Source: Harriotta raleighana
Taxonomy: Eukaryota
NCBI GenBank assembly: GCA_050575255.1
Contig: JBNZDD010013633.1
Coordinates: 1,150,815-1,214,814 of the forward strand
Direction of reading: 5' to 3'
Length of the DNA: 64,000 nt
In this document: one piece after another, positions 26,246 to 38,009 of the stretch
How positions within the stretch are numbered: position 1 is the stretch's first letter
How the letters are laid out: the number at the start of each line of letters is the position of its first letter
The notes under the pieces: model-generated
Seen by the model: the letters and a program-made list of their open reading frames with translations, nothing else
The model's database searches: none
What the model was told of the DNA's origin: nothing
Position numbers and translations under genes: made by a program

Positions 26246-26594
26246 TGTTCCGTGTTGGATGAACTGCATACACGTTTGATTGTAAACCAAATAATATTTT
26301 GACTCTGAAAAGTGTGTTTGAGATAGGAGGGTGGAATTAGGAGATTTCAACAACCTCCTTCATGATTGAGAAGTTTTCACTTGCTTGACTGCTTTGTAAA
26401 CTACCTGGAAAATGAGAATACATAACAAAATCTCTTTCAAAATTCAGAGGTCTATGGAAAGGGGAAGGAGATTTTACGACAACTTAGTTACATGTTTTTA
26501 ATAATTAGGCCTGAACATCATATTAGGGTCACAGTGACTAACATCAGTTGGCCTGGGGTCCACTTTTACAGTTTTAATTCAACAAAAGCCGCAT

Positions 26595-26875
26595 TCTATA
26601 AACTCTGCCTTGATTCAAATCCCCCAACCAAACTTCCCTACCCTGAGGCAGCTTTCAACCATACAGCACTCCATCCCAGAGTCCCTCTGACTCATCCTTC
26701 CTTCCCCATATTCAAAGCCAACTCAAAACTTAGCTCTTTAACTGTGCTTCTTCCAGTTATCTTTCTTCTACCTACCCACTTCGGCTGCACCTACCCCAAT
26801 CTCAGGTGCCCAGCCAGCAAAGTCAAGCACTTTGAGACTTCACTTTTCTGACATGAAGGGCGCTACATAATTATA
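26595..26875 (+). mobile_element. Decayed L2 3' end
   Basis: gctttcaaccatacagc...ctcaaaact...aagcactttgagac...gacatgaagggcgctaca. Confidence 0.55.
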
Positions 26876-27267
26876 AAATATATTTATCTTAATAAATTAG
26901 AATACCACTATAACATGGTATTTGGCTCCATAAAAACCCAAGCGTTGTTGTGATGGGCACAACCAGTCAGCGTGACTGGTGGCATTACTGCTCACATGAA
27001 TAGAAAGTTGGCCAGCTCCCAGCTCCCTCAGGGTCATCTTGCCAATGCTGTTAAATGTCCGCTGTACCGTCCGTGTTCCATTTTATCCAGCGGTCAAACG
27101 CACTAGCATATTTGTTTAAGATTACGAAAGTAGTCTGTGTTATACTAAAAGAGCATTCAAGTAAAAAAAACACATAAAAGGTTTCTCAAACTTTTGACAG
27201 ATTTGTCATATGCAACAGCCGGGTATCAGTTGAGTCATGTTGTGATTATGCTTGTCTATCTCTGCAG

Positions 27268-27348
27268 GGTGGAAAATCTTACTCGGGGCCGTGTAATGGA
27301 AGAGACTGCAGCGCAGGATGCAAGTGTTTCCCTGAGAAAGGAGGCAGA
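27268..27348 (+). CDS. col4a6: Internal coding exon (81 nt, phase 0-0) of a type IV collagen alpha2/alpha4/alpha6-class chain, N-terminal 7S domain; most likely COL4A6 (equivalent of human exon 3)
   Basis: Acceptor cttgtctatctctgcag| and donor |gtgagt flank GGT GGA AAA TCT TAC...GGA GGC AGA = [27 protein letters not shown]. Matches the PC.G.DCS..C.C.PEKG.R motif (from memory: human COL4A6 [27 protein letters not shown]; COL4A2 [27 protein letters not shown]). KSY and CFPEKG favour COL4A6; the family call is firm, the paralogue less so. Confidence 0.8.
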
Positions 27349-29000
27349 GTGAGTATCCAGATCAGAATTGCCATAAATTCCCATCCTCCAGAAGCCCACA
27401 CAATTAAGATTAGTACAGTACTTCTCCATCTGTTATATTTTTTTCATCCCCCCAAAAATGTTTAACCGTTCAGTCACCATCAGCCTTTCAATCGCTTCTT
27501 TTCTCAATTTAAATAAAAGACACAGTTGGTCGTTCTTTACAGATGATTACTGTATTAAGAAATCATTAATGAATCAGCATTGTGGACATTTGTTTGACAT
27601 TTACATTATCCATGATGTATCATATTTAAAAAATCTCAAATCGGTTATATTATAAACACATAATGAAAAGTTTACCATTAGAGATTAGCCCCAAATGATT
27701 TACAGTCTGAGGTGTTTCACTGGAATTTTAACACACTTGGATTTTGTATTTCTTTTATGCAGGAAAGAAATGGAAAAGGGGCAGAAACATAATTATTAAT
27801 TTCCACTGAGAAAACTTAGTACTGTACATTTGTTATTCGGAGTCATTGTTTATTCGTAATAGTTTTATAACCTCTTTTGCTCCTTCATTGAATGTTTTAA
27901 AAGGGTGAGACACTAATGGCTTGATATTGTTCCGTACAGAACAGAGAAACAATTAATTACCACAGGGCTTCAGTATGTAATTTTACTATACATTGAATTA
28001 ATGAAGGAAACCGCCTGGATGCTTCCTTGAGCTACAACTTGAGTTTGAGTTTGTTCCATTCGATGTAGTCCACAAGGATTTTATTTGGCTCTTGTTGACG
28101 AATGGGATCAAATTAAAGATAGATTATTAAAAAATGTTTTCTTCTGACAACTGTTTTGACATGTTTACTCAAAACATAGAATAATAAGATTTCATTTGTG
28201 TTGCCTGAGTGACAGCTTCAAATGGAAACTATTAATCACCACATAATCATTTCTTCTCCTTTGAACATTATTTACTGCTTTATTGAAAACAATAATTTTA
28301 TATTGTTTTTCTTGCATTCATGAACTATAATCAAAAAATGAATCCTTAACATGAACAATAAAATACTGTAACATGAAAATAATCTTTGGGATTATTAAAC
28401 TTTTGCCTGTTCAGATGGGGTTCTTCAGAGATGATGGTTTCCTGTTACAATTTCAAACAATCTGGCTGAATAGATTGAACAGATCCTTTCTGATTCTACT
28501 CATGTGTCTCTTTATCTAACCCCAATTTATTGTTCTTGGTTAATGATTTAAAGATTGACAAAACATACAAATCAACAAGGAGGAAAATATTCACAGCATA
28601 TTATTGTCTGGTCTGGATGGTGGAAGGGAATTTGTTGGGGGTGCCATAAGGGGTTTCCTGGCATCTTTCCTTTTCTCCATAAAATAGACTTCAAATTGTT
28701 CATGCTTCTCTGTAATTCTTTTCCATCTCTTGAACCTTGATGAGAAATCAAATGTACATCCACCAGATCTGAGCTCCCCTTTATCAATGCTGAGCAAAAT
28801 CCCCAAATCCCAAATATATGCTGTTTAAAATATTTTTATAGACCAAGGGGAGAAGAAGAGGTAGGCAGAAGGGAGAGAGGAAGTGACTGTGATCCAAGGT
28901 TCAATTGGGAAGCTAACATGAGCCAGGCAGGTCCACAGTATTCCAGAACAACTCTGACGAGAGGCCAGCCAGCCTGGCTCATCGGCAGGACCTGGAAGGG

Positions 29001-29180
29001 CAGACCAGTCACTGGAGGCAGGGAATCATTCCATTCAGTTCCTATTAGCCCTGCAAGCCAAATCCCTGTCCAGCTAGGACCACCTCTCTGGCTGTGGTCC
29101 TAGCTGGACAAGCAGCAAGAAAGCTTGCCAGACAGCAATATCAATGGCAAGCCATGGGGGTTAGACTCCAGCAATACCCC
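29001..29180. repeat. Unclassified dispersed repeat, copy 2, with a perfect 17-bp hairpin (29067-29110)
   Basis: tgtccagctaggaccac-ctctctggct-gtggtcctagctggaca; aligns with 23177-23358. Confidence 0.8.
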
Positions 29181-29669
29181 AAAGCACATTATTGGGTCCC
29201 CAAGCCATGGATCTTGACAACCTGTGCCTAATATTTTCAGGGATTAGGTAAGAAGGTTGTATCCTTCCAGAGAGAGAGTGCACACTGAATTCTAACACTT
29301 GATTTCCATGTGTAGATGGGATACATGGAAATCTCATCTTGGTTTGCAAACTCTAAAGCATGGTGACATGTTTCTAGATGTACACCCCCCCCACCCCACC
29401 CCTCCACCCCGCCCCCCCAAAAAAATATAATATCTCAAGCTTTCAATATCAGCAGAATTTCATTCCATTTCATAAATTCATAGATTGTTTACAATGCTGG
29501 AGTCTGTTTGGTGTCTATCTCGTCTGTGTTGCTGTGGTTTGCCCCACTGTTATTATCTTCTGGAATCTCTTTCCCCTGCTCTTTCCCCATATTCTGAATG
29601 TTCTACATTTTTGGAATCTTCCATTGTTTACCATAGTATCTGGGAGTGAAATTCCTCAATGTTAAATCT

Positions 29670-29920
29670 ATGGAACACACTCCCTAGGGAGGCTGTGGAA
29701 GCAGAAAGTGTTGATTTTTACAAATGCGGATTAGATAGATTTCTTTCGGAAAATAATATTTTGGGATGCGGCACATGAGTAATTTGAGTGATGACATATG
29801 GCACGTGTAGTATGCTTGAGAGAAACAGGTAACTTTAGACCTATGGTAACATACGAGTACTAGGATGGTAGAAGGCAAACTAGATGAACCTTGGTCTTTT
29901 TATCCATGTTCTTATGTTTT
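29670..29920 (+). mobile_element. CR1/L3-type 3' end and UTR
   Basis: tggaacacactccctagggaggctgtggaagcag...ttagatagattt...ctagatgaaccttggtcttt...tgttcttatgtt. Confidence 0.7.
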
Positions 29921-29944
29921 TTGGGGCTGCTGTTTTCCCCTTAA

Positions 29945-30641
29945 AATACCTCAACTATCTTTTCTGCCTCATATCCGTGCCATGACCTGCTCTGCCTTCC
30001 CCCACTCCGCAAAATTGCTTGGCTTAGCCACTATCTCACACTGCAGGCCTCCAAAATTCTCATACATTCATTCATATCATCTAGGCTTGACTATGCAAGC
30101 TCCTTGCTTGTCGCCCCCCCTCCCCACTCAACTCCTCTATCCACAGACTGTAGATAATCCAGAACTCCGCAGCCCATGTCCTCTCCTGCATGAGGCTATC
30201 TGATCATATCACCTCCACTCTCGCCCAACTCCATTAGCTTCCCATCGTGCAGAGAATACAGTTCATTACAGAATTTAAAATCCTGGTCCTCACCTTCAAA
30301 GCCCTCCATAGCCTCACTCCTCCCTACCAACCTACCCACTCCCTCCATTCAGTGGGGTCCAGCCTGCTTAATGTTCCCTCATTAGCGGACGAGCCTTCAG
30401 CCATTCTGCCCCACACCCTTTGGGACTCCATCCTGCAGTCCCTCAGTCTCACTCCATCCCTTACCTCCTTCAAGAACCCTCCTCTTCGACCATCCTTTCG
30501 ATTGACCTTCTTCACCCCCTGCCCTCCCCCCTGCCCTCCACCCTCCCCAATGCCTACCCCCAGCTCAGATCCAGAATACTGTCTGACCAGCACCTTGGGA
30601 CGTCCTCCCGACATGCCATACAAATGTAATTTTGTTGTTGG
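29945..30641 (+). mobile_element. L2 3' portion
   Basis: ctaggcttgactatgc (SRLDY), IQNSAAHVLS, FKILVLTFKALHSL, tail ccttgggacgtcctcccgaca...caaatgtaattttgttgtt. Confidence 0.85.
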
Positions 30642-30753
30642 TTAAAGAATTTAAGAATTTATTGATTTTTTAAAATAGTTTTTTTAAATATTTCAGTTTT
30701 GTTAAGTCCACCTTTCCTAAAATGTGTTATTGCTATAACATCAACAGAGTATT

Positions 30754-31036
30754 GATACTCTGAGTTTGTTTTGTTTATTATCCAGATTTCCATTTGCAAA
30801 TTAGCTAGGCAGTATGATACTGAGGCACAAGGCACCAAACTTATATTGGAAATAGCCTTTACTTATCATTGTCCTTCCAGAAAGGCTCAAGATACTCTGA
30901 GCTTGTTTTATTTATTATCTAGATTTCCATTCAAGAGCATTTTTTAGCCCTTCTGGAAGGACAATGATAAGTAAAGGCTATTCCCAATATAAGTCTGGTG
31001 CCTTGTTCCTCAGCATCACACTGCCTAGCTAATTTG
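30754..31036. repeat. Inverted duplication with 91-bp arms (30797-30887 and 30946-31036) plus a direct repeat of about 40 bp (30754-30794 and 30891-30931)
   Basis: caaattagctaggcag...gtccttccagaaaggct versus agcccttctggaaggac...ctgcctagctaatttg, 6 mismatches; gatactctgag...agatttccatt occurs twice. Confidence 0.95.
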
Positions 31037-31049
31037 ACAATTGATCCAT

Positions 31050-31340
31050 ACACCGTGAATGGTCCCAGGTTTAGTTTCCGGTCTGTGATAATTTAACTAA
31101 AGTCACTGACAGAGTTAACTATGCGAGACTTAAGGATTTTTTTTATAAGGGAGGGAGAAAATCAGCCAGAGTATGCATTCCAAATTAGTATCTAGTGACC
31201 CACGCTGGAAAGCACATGTGTATGACATCTGTTGAAAACAGATTGGGATGGGCTGTGATGTTGTGTCTTCCATAAACACATAACCTGCCAACTCTCCTTG
31301 TCTAGGCTCACACGTGAGGTATGATCACATGAGTGTGACA
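31050..31340 (+). mobile_element. Old SINE-like dispersed element (possible fragments near 2640-2740, 38990-39085, 60820-60950)
   Basis: ggtcccaggtttagtttccggtctgtg (B-box-like), gggagggagaaaatcagcca, tctagtgacccacgctggaaag, tgtctaggctcacac; ccagtga..ggaaa block recurs near 39010. Confidence 0.45.
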
Positions 31341-33480
31341 CTAACAGACAACCATTGAATAAGGAACTCTACACCAGATGCAACATTATGAGTGTTGTGA
31401 AAGACATTTGTGATTGCTTAAAATTTGAAAGCTGCAGTGTTTGCCAAAAAGTCTCTAGCCTTTCTTATATGATAAGAGATAGGCTCCCAACAAAGCTCCC
31501 AAGCAATATCAAATGACATTGGTTTTCAAATAAGCTCCAGCATCTTTTGAGGACAAACTGGGCTGCTATTTGTCCCATTTCACACCATGAATCTCAAGGT
31601 AGTCATATTTGCATAAGTTTTGGGGCTGCTGAATCCAGGATTAGATAGAGCAGCCATTACAGGATGTAGTGAAATGCTCCTTTGGAGCAAACACCAAAAT
31701 CTAATTTCTGTTTGTAGCACAGTCCATGAAGGCAGGGCTGGTAAAAGTGCTGCAGTGTAAACCCAGCAAATGCAAATTGTGGAAGTAGGCTATGCATTAC
31801 ATATCCAACACTTTTTAATGTAACTCAGGCGGAGCAGCAAATTGGCAGTGATTTAAGTTGTGGTCTCAACACCAATCATAATCTAATTCCTTTGCTTCAG
31901 AGCTGTTTTGGAGCTGGTGTCAGGATGTGTGAGTTTTAACCCCAGTCTATTGTCAGAGGGAAAATTTACACTGTGAATTTTGATTCAAAACAGATGTCAA
32001 TACAGAATGAATCCAAAATACCCAGCTGTAATGTAAATGGGATTGCAGAATACTGAAGTGTTAGCAGATAATAGCAATTGGGGAGAAGCTTATCTTGAGA
32101 ACCAAAGTACAGACATCCCTTCTGCGTGTCCCAAGAAGAACCATGCTGATAAGACTATATAATGTTATCAGAGAAGTCTCGATCTATTTGGGATCACTTT
32201 GAACTGTTTGTAGAATGACTCAGCTATGTGACCTTTGACTTCTAACTGTTGAGAAGGGGAAGGGGAGCAGAAATCCCTTCATTGTTGATTTTGCAGTACT
32301 TTATATTCTAGTCTTACTTGTGTTTTCCTTCTTCCTTTTTTTTGCTATTTCTGCATATGTTTAATATTCCCGTTACATCAAATTAATCTTTAAAGCTCTC
32401 TCTCCAATGCTTTTCTTTTGCCTATATATTTCTTCTTTCTTTTGGATTCCTTTTTGATGGTTTATTGGATGTTTCCCTCTTTCTTTCCTTATTGATCTTT
32501 TCTTTGAAATTTTTCTAACCTTGAGAAGTAGATTATTAACTTATTTTTAACTCAGTAACTTTAAAATATCTCCCCAGTTTTTAACCAGACTGCACAGTGA
32601 CTTCTTCCTTTAAAACACAAGATTTGTTAAAAAAAATGTAGCAAGTGGCAACCGTATGTGTTGGACTCATTGTAAGACAAGACTCTTGCGGAGTTATTCA
32701 ACCTTAACCAAGCTTTTAGCTTACCAGGCAAGAAAGATACTTCTTGCCCTCACCAGTAGATGTGCTGGGAACTATGAATATGACATTCAATTAATATTGA
32801 TACAACCACCGCAACATTAAAACAAAACTGAAATCATTTGTCATTAAGTTCATCAGTTGCATCAAAGAGTGTGTTAATGGTGTTTTGTCCTGTTTTTCTC
32901 TTTCAGAAGATGATTAACCTATTGTGCATTTCAGTTTACTCGCGTCTTATTCTTTGTAACTTTGAACTACAAACAGCTTTCAAACTAATTTTCCACTATT
33001 AATAATTTTATCACTTTTTACTTCTGGATTTGAAAAATGTTTACATAATAAGAATCCAGTAAATTGTAAAAACAAGCTGAGTGCTTGTAATATAAGGTGC
33101 TGGATCGAGGAATGTGGGCTGATTCCTAGATCAATATTCTAACTGTAAAGTTTAGTAAAAGGTAATGTAAGTAAAGCTGATGACGTTCCTTTATGTCCCA
33201 TGTGTTTCGAAGAGCAGTAATCAGAATAATAAAATAGAATTAGAATTTTTTCAGCAGAGGAGGAGGAGGAGGCCATTTGGCCCATCATTGCTGTGCCTCT
33301 CTGTAAAAGCTATCTGCTTAGTTCCATTCCCTGCCTTTTCCCTGTATTTATTTAGATTTGTTTTATTGTATATTATGTCAGGATATTGCTTTGGTCACTA
33401 TTTGTCATTCCACACCTATCACCCTCTATGTAATAGAAATTCTAAAAGAGTCCTGTATTCATTTGTTTTACTACATCTTT

Positions 33481-33787
33481 AATAATAATAATCCTTGCAT
33501 TTGATATAGCGATTTTCACATCTTCTAAGAGCTTCACAGAATATACTGTAAAGTGAATTGACTATATATATATATATATATCTATATGAGCGAAATGGGG
33601 CCACTAGTTGAGCACAGCCATGTCTCACGAACAGTCAAGGATTGAAATGACCAATTTATTATTTTTTTGAGGGATTATTATTAGGCAAGTGGAGGATGAA
33701 AACTTGCCCAAGATTTCACCCTGCCTGGAATTGAATCCAGATCTCTCGCTTGTCAAGCAAGTGCTCTAACCAATGAGTTGCAGGACT
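33481..33787 (-). mobile_element. Full-length SINE-A with internal (TA)n
   Basis: (AAT)n tail ... aacttgcccaag ... gtgctctaaccaatgagttgcaggac. Confidence 0.85.
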
Positions 33788-36699
33788 TTATATTTTTTAG
33801 CCAATATCTGGTGAGAATCATACCACGTCTTGACTACAATACACCAGTCAATCCTTGTCACCTTTCAATAGAAGCTCAATACTTTGTCTGGGGCTTAAAG
33901 ACATAATATTCTCTTCTTACCAAATGCATAGTCACTACATACTGTATTTCAATTAATCACTTTCAGACATCCTCTCAATGTGTAAGGCATTATATCAAAT
34001 GCAAAGATTATTAGCACAGTAGCATTATTTACCTTATTCAGATTTGAGAATACTGCTAAATGAGGCAACATGGCAATTTATTTTATTACTGTCTAGTATA
34101 AGTCTAAGCCTTCGCACAAAGTCACTAAGTTGTGCTCAATGGGACATATCAGTCATTTATGTTGTCACACAGAACAGTCCTAAAGTCAGGATCCTTTGCC
34201 CACAAAAGATAATCAAATGAGTACTCTACCGTGTGCTCCAATGTAAGACACTCACTGATGTGGGTTGAGCGCCATTCTGTTTCATTCAGGAAATCGTAGC
34301 TTTATAATTTACATGTTTTATACAACAACAACAAGAAAATTACACTTGTATAGCTCTGTTCACATCACGAGGACGTCCCAAGGCGCTGAACAAATATTTA
34401 TAATGTCACATTATAATGTCACATTATTTATAATTCTAAAAATATTTGTGAGTGCACAGGGATACCAAAATAAAGCAGCAGAGTATTCATCCATAGCAGT
34501 GAATTCAGAGTTCAAAGATTGCATGTATCAGAATATACCTCCCCAAAGGACTCATTTTAAATTGGGTTCATTACTGATCATGGTGATTTGCTAGCGCTGA
34601 ATACTATGCTCCTTGGAAACAGGGTATATTCAGATAATATCTCAAATGAAGATTTATTCTTTTGCTGCATTCAGTGTGCTCCTTTCATATCAGTTTTTTG
34701 CTTTACTCAGTATTTGTTCGTGCTAAATATACAAAGTGTTATGCAATCTCATCCGTTTGTTTTCACACTGCAACAAAAGGGAATTGGGGATCGAACAACA
34801 AGACAGTGATAGATCTACCAAGCTGTGATCAGTTCAGGTCCAGTTCTGTGACTGAAGAATGACTCAACCTCTTTGCACAAAGTTCACGACTTTGTAAATA
34901 AAACAATGTTCCTCAGATTCATCTAAGTTTACTCAATATTTTATTGCTGAGGGCAGCATTTCCTTTAGGGACTCAATTGCCTCTCGTGGGAATGCTGAGA
35001 ATGAGATTGTCCGCAGACTTGGAGAGGATATGTGGGAATAGGTCATGGTGTTTCATGATGTTTTGAAGATTAAAATTGTTAAAATGGGTTGATTCCAGTG
35101 GTGATGCATCAAGTTTGTCTCTTTAAGTTTTGAAATGGGATTATGTGTATCTTCACCCATTCAAGAAATTGCTCCCTAATATTTCACTGTGAATTCCTGC
35201 TAACTGATTCTTTTTTGACATGTTACTGCAATGCAATGAAGGATGTTTGGGGTTTCAAATGCTTGGAAGGAGAAAAGCAGATAATAGGCTGAACCAAGCT
35301 TTCTTACTTAATCCAGATGTCCATGGTAGAGAAATTCATGTTGTTAATTGACTAAAGAAACCGAATATCAGAAATTTACACATATAAATTTCTCCCAAGA
35401 AAACAAAGATCTTTTGAAATTGTTGATGACATTTGCGGAGTAGAGAATCGCACAAGACTAACAGATGAGAACATCGCAAATGTAGCTTTCCCTTTTGGTG
35501 TAAGAGCAGCTTGTACCTTCTGAAACTATTCTGCAACTGAGAAGCTTAGCAACTGAGTTGTGAGGAGAGGGTTGCTTTACATAGATGCATACTGTGAGCC
35601 CAAACTGATGCTGACAGTTACACCTGCCATGTGCAAGTTTGTACAGCTGTTTCCAGGCTGCCACACATAACTTTTGTTTCTGAAAATTCCAACAATGGTA
35701 TTGCTCCCTATAACCTATGAAACTAAAGAAATTTTATTGATGGTTATTTAGGGTTTGCAATCAGCAAGTACTGTAATACAATCCTCAACAAAGGTTATTT
35801 GAGAAATGTTACCCAATGCTGATATACGTAGAAAGTGTTCACTCTACCTGCAAGACTCAACTGGATCCAGAAATGGTCATGGCTGTGGTCAGCCAGGTCA
35901 ACCATGATCTGTATGTGCTTAGCATATGCTGAAAGGAAGTCTTCCAAATCATAAAATTAAAATTGGCAATACATTTTGGCTCATTCCTTGGTGTGGAGAT
36001 CTGCACAGGCACTTTTGTTCTCAGGTCTCCAAGTTTGACTAAATAAACTCAACCACTTGTAAGTCAGCCAACATAAATGGAGTTAATGCCCAGGCTGTTC
36101 TTTTTAATACATGATTATCAGTTCAGAACTAGTAAAGATTATGTGGACAATGAACTAGCTCCTGAAATTGTGCCATTTTTGTTAATATTTCATTCTATTG
36201 AACATTAATATGACATTTCACCAGAACCAGCTGTACAAGAATGTCAGATGGACTGGGGCATCTGAAAGAAACACTGCAGATGTGACCTTGTTAACCTAAT
36301 GCAGCTTACAAAAGACATTTGACCTACTCTTCCTTCCAGAATACCAATCCTACTGTCTTCTCATAACAGTTTCAAGCTGTACCTCAAATGGGTCAGACAT
36401 CCTCTCAACGTGAAAGGCACTATATAAATAAAATTTTGATTTGATTGATTGATAAAACACTCTTCACACAGGATAGAATCTCAGATCACTGAATCCAATG
36501 ACCTGGACTCAACTACTGTTCCTCATTACCTGTGTTGATTGGGCTCTGTTTAAATAAATACTTTCTGGTATCCTTAATTATTGTTTACAACTCTGAACTT
36601 ATGAGATTTTGTCCTGTGTGAGATATATGTGTCCGTACAGCATATCTGCCACTCTTGTTTTGTACCATATTTTTAAAAATTGTCTACTCAATCTACAAC

Positions 36700-36848
36700 T
36701 GTTTATGGGACACTGACATGTGCAATTGATTACCTCATTTCACCCACAAAATGTACAGTCAATTCACTTCACAGTATCCTGTGAAGCGCTTTGAGGTGTC
36801 TCGAAGACAGGATATGGTGCTATATCAAATTTGAGGATTATTATTTTT
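36700..36848 (+). mobile_element. SINE-A 3' half
   Basis: gtttatgggacactg...cagtcaattcacttcacagtatcctgtgaagcgctttgag...tatatcaaat..gattattat. Confidence 0.75.
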
Positions 36849-37958
36849 ATTATAAATAATATATAAATTATATATAAATTAAAGTATTAATAGTAAGTAT
36901 GCAGAGCAGACAGGATGCAAATAACAATGGTGCAGACTTGTGAAGAAACACAATATCAAAGAAAGGAAAAGATTGAACCAGCAGTCCCAAAAAAGTTAAA
37001 CTTAAGTTTTTTTCTATGGAATCCATGCATAGATAGGGTAATGGAGATATTCTAATGGATTTTGTAACGGCTACATTTTAAGACGCATTTGATATGGTGT
37101 CATATAATGGAATGATTAAGAAAATTTGTGCGCATGGTTTAAAGATAAATTGCCATTGAAAGAGAAGGGACATTAGATGAAAGGTTTGCAAGCCAGAAAT
37201 GATTAGAATATGAGAAGTATTGGCACAGTGGCTCCTAAGTCTGAGATTGAAAAACCTTTTGAAGATGTACAATATAAAATGGGAGAGAGAGAGATTTAAA
37301 AGTATTTACCCCAAATTGAAGAGCCATCTCAATGATCTGAATGGTCTCTTTGTGTGCTGATTTTTTAATATAATTCTGTGACCAGGGCGATATGATCACT
37401 CGCTGAAGGTTTCCTGTCAATGTGAAGCTGTCATCAACAAAGCTAATCAAATACGAGGATATATCTCAAAGTCATCTGACTGCCTGCAGTCAAACTGCAC
37501 TGAATTTACCATGGATAGATCATCACTCCTTAGTGTGCCACTGATAAACAACATTGATTGAGCTGCAAAGCATTCACAGAATAATGACCAAGATGAGTAA
37601 TGGATTTGGGGAAGGGATTAGAAACACTCACTGTTTAGGCTTGCAATTGAGGATTAGTCGCTAGATACCAAAAAGCAGTTGATACTCAGGAAACCAAATG
37701 GTGGGTTTGGTGACCACATTCAGGCGATGAGAGGAGAAAATTGGATTGAAAATAATTAGTTCTCAAATCAAAACATGTCTCCAGCCATTTGAAGTCACAG
37801 CAGATGTGGGATGTCTTAATTTTCACATTGTATTTAGCTTGGCTTGCTCAGCTTCAACCATGGATGGCTTTCTCTCTCATCGTCTGACAGTGAATCACAT
37901 TTCAACCCATACAAGGTTTCAATGCTCCCAGTGGAATAATAATGTAATATAACTACAT

Positions 37959-38009
37959 CCTGCCACTGGGTACATTTTACCCCTGCCACTGGGTACATTT
38001 TACCCCTGC
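37959..38009. repeat. Tandem duplication, 23-bp unit x about 2.2
   Basis: cctgccactgggtacattttacc twice, then cctgc. Confidence 0.9.

Larger units (their letters stand above)
1..27267 (+). other. Large intron upstream of the collagen IV 7S exon (5' end outside window)
   Basis: No signal-peptide or Gly-X-Y exon recognised upstream; ends in a polypyrimidine tract plus CAG. Confidence 0.6.

Noticed and set aside
28630-28675. GFPGIF as a collagen Gly-X-Y exon
   Set aside because: Only two triplets and no flanking splice sites.
28918-28990. Hammerhead ribozyme (CTGACGA within a stem)
   Set aside because: No correctly placed GAAA, stem III or cleavage triplet; CTGATGA near 16040 and 17895 fail the same way.
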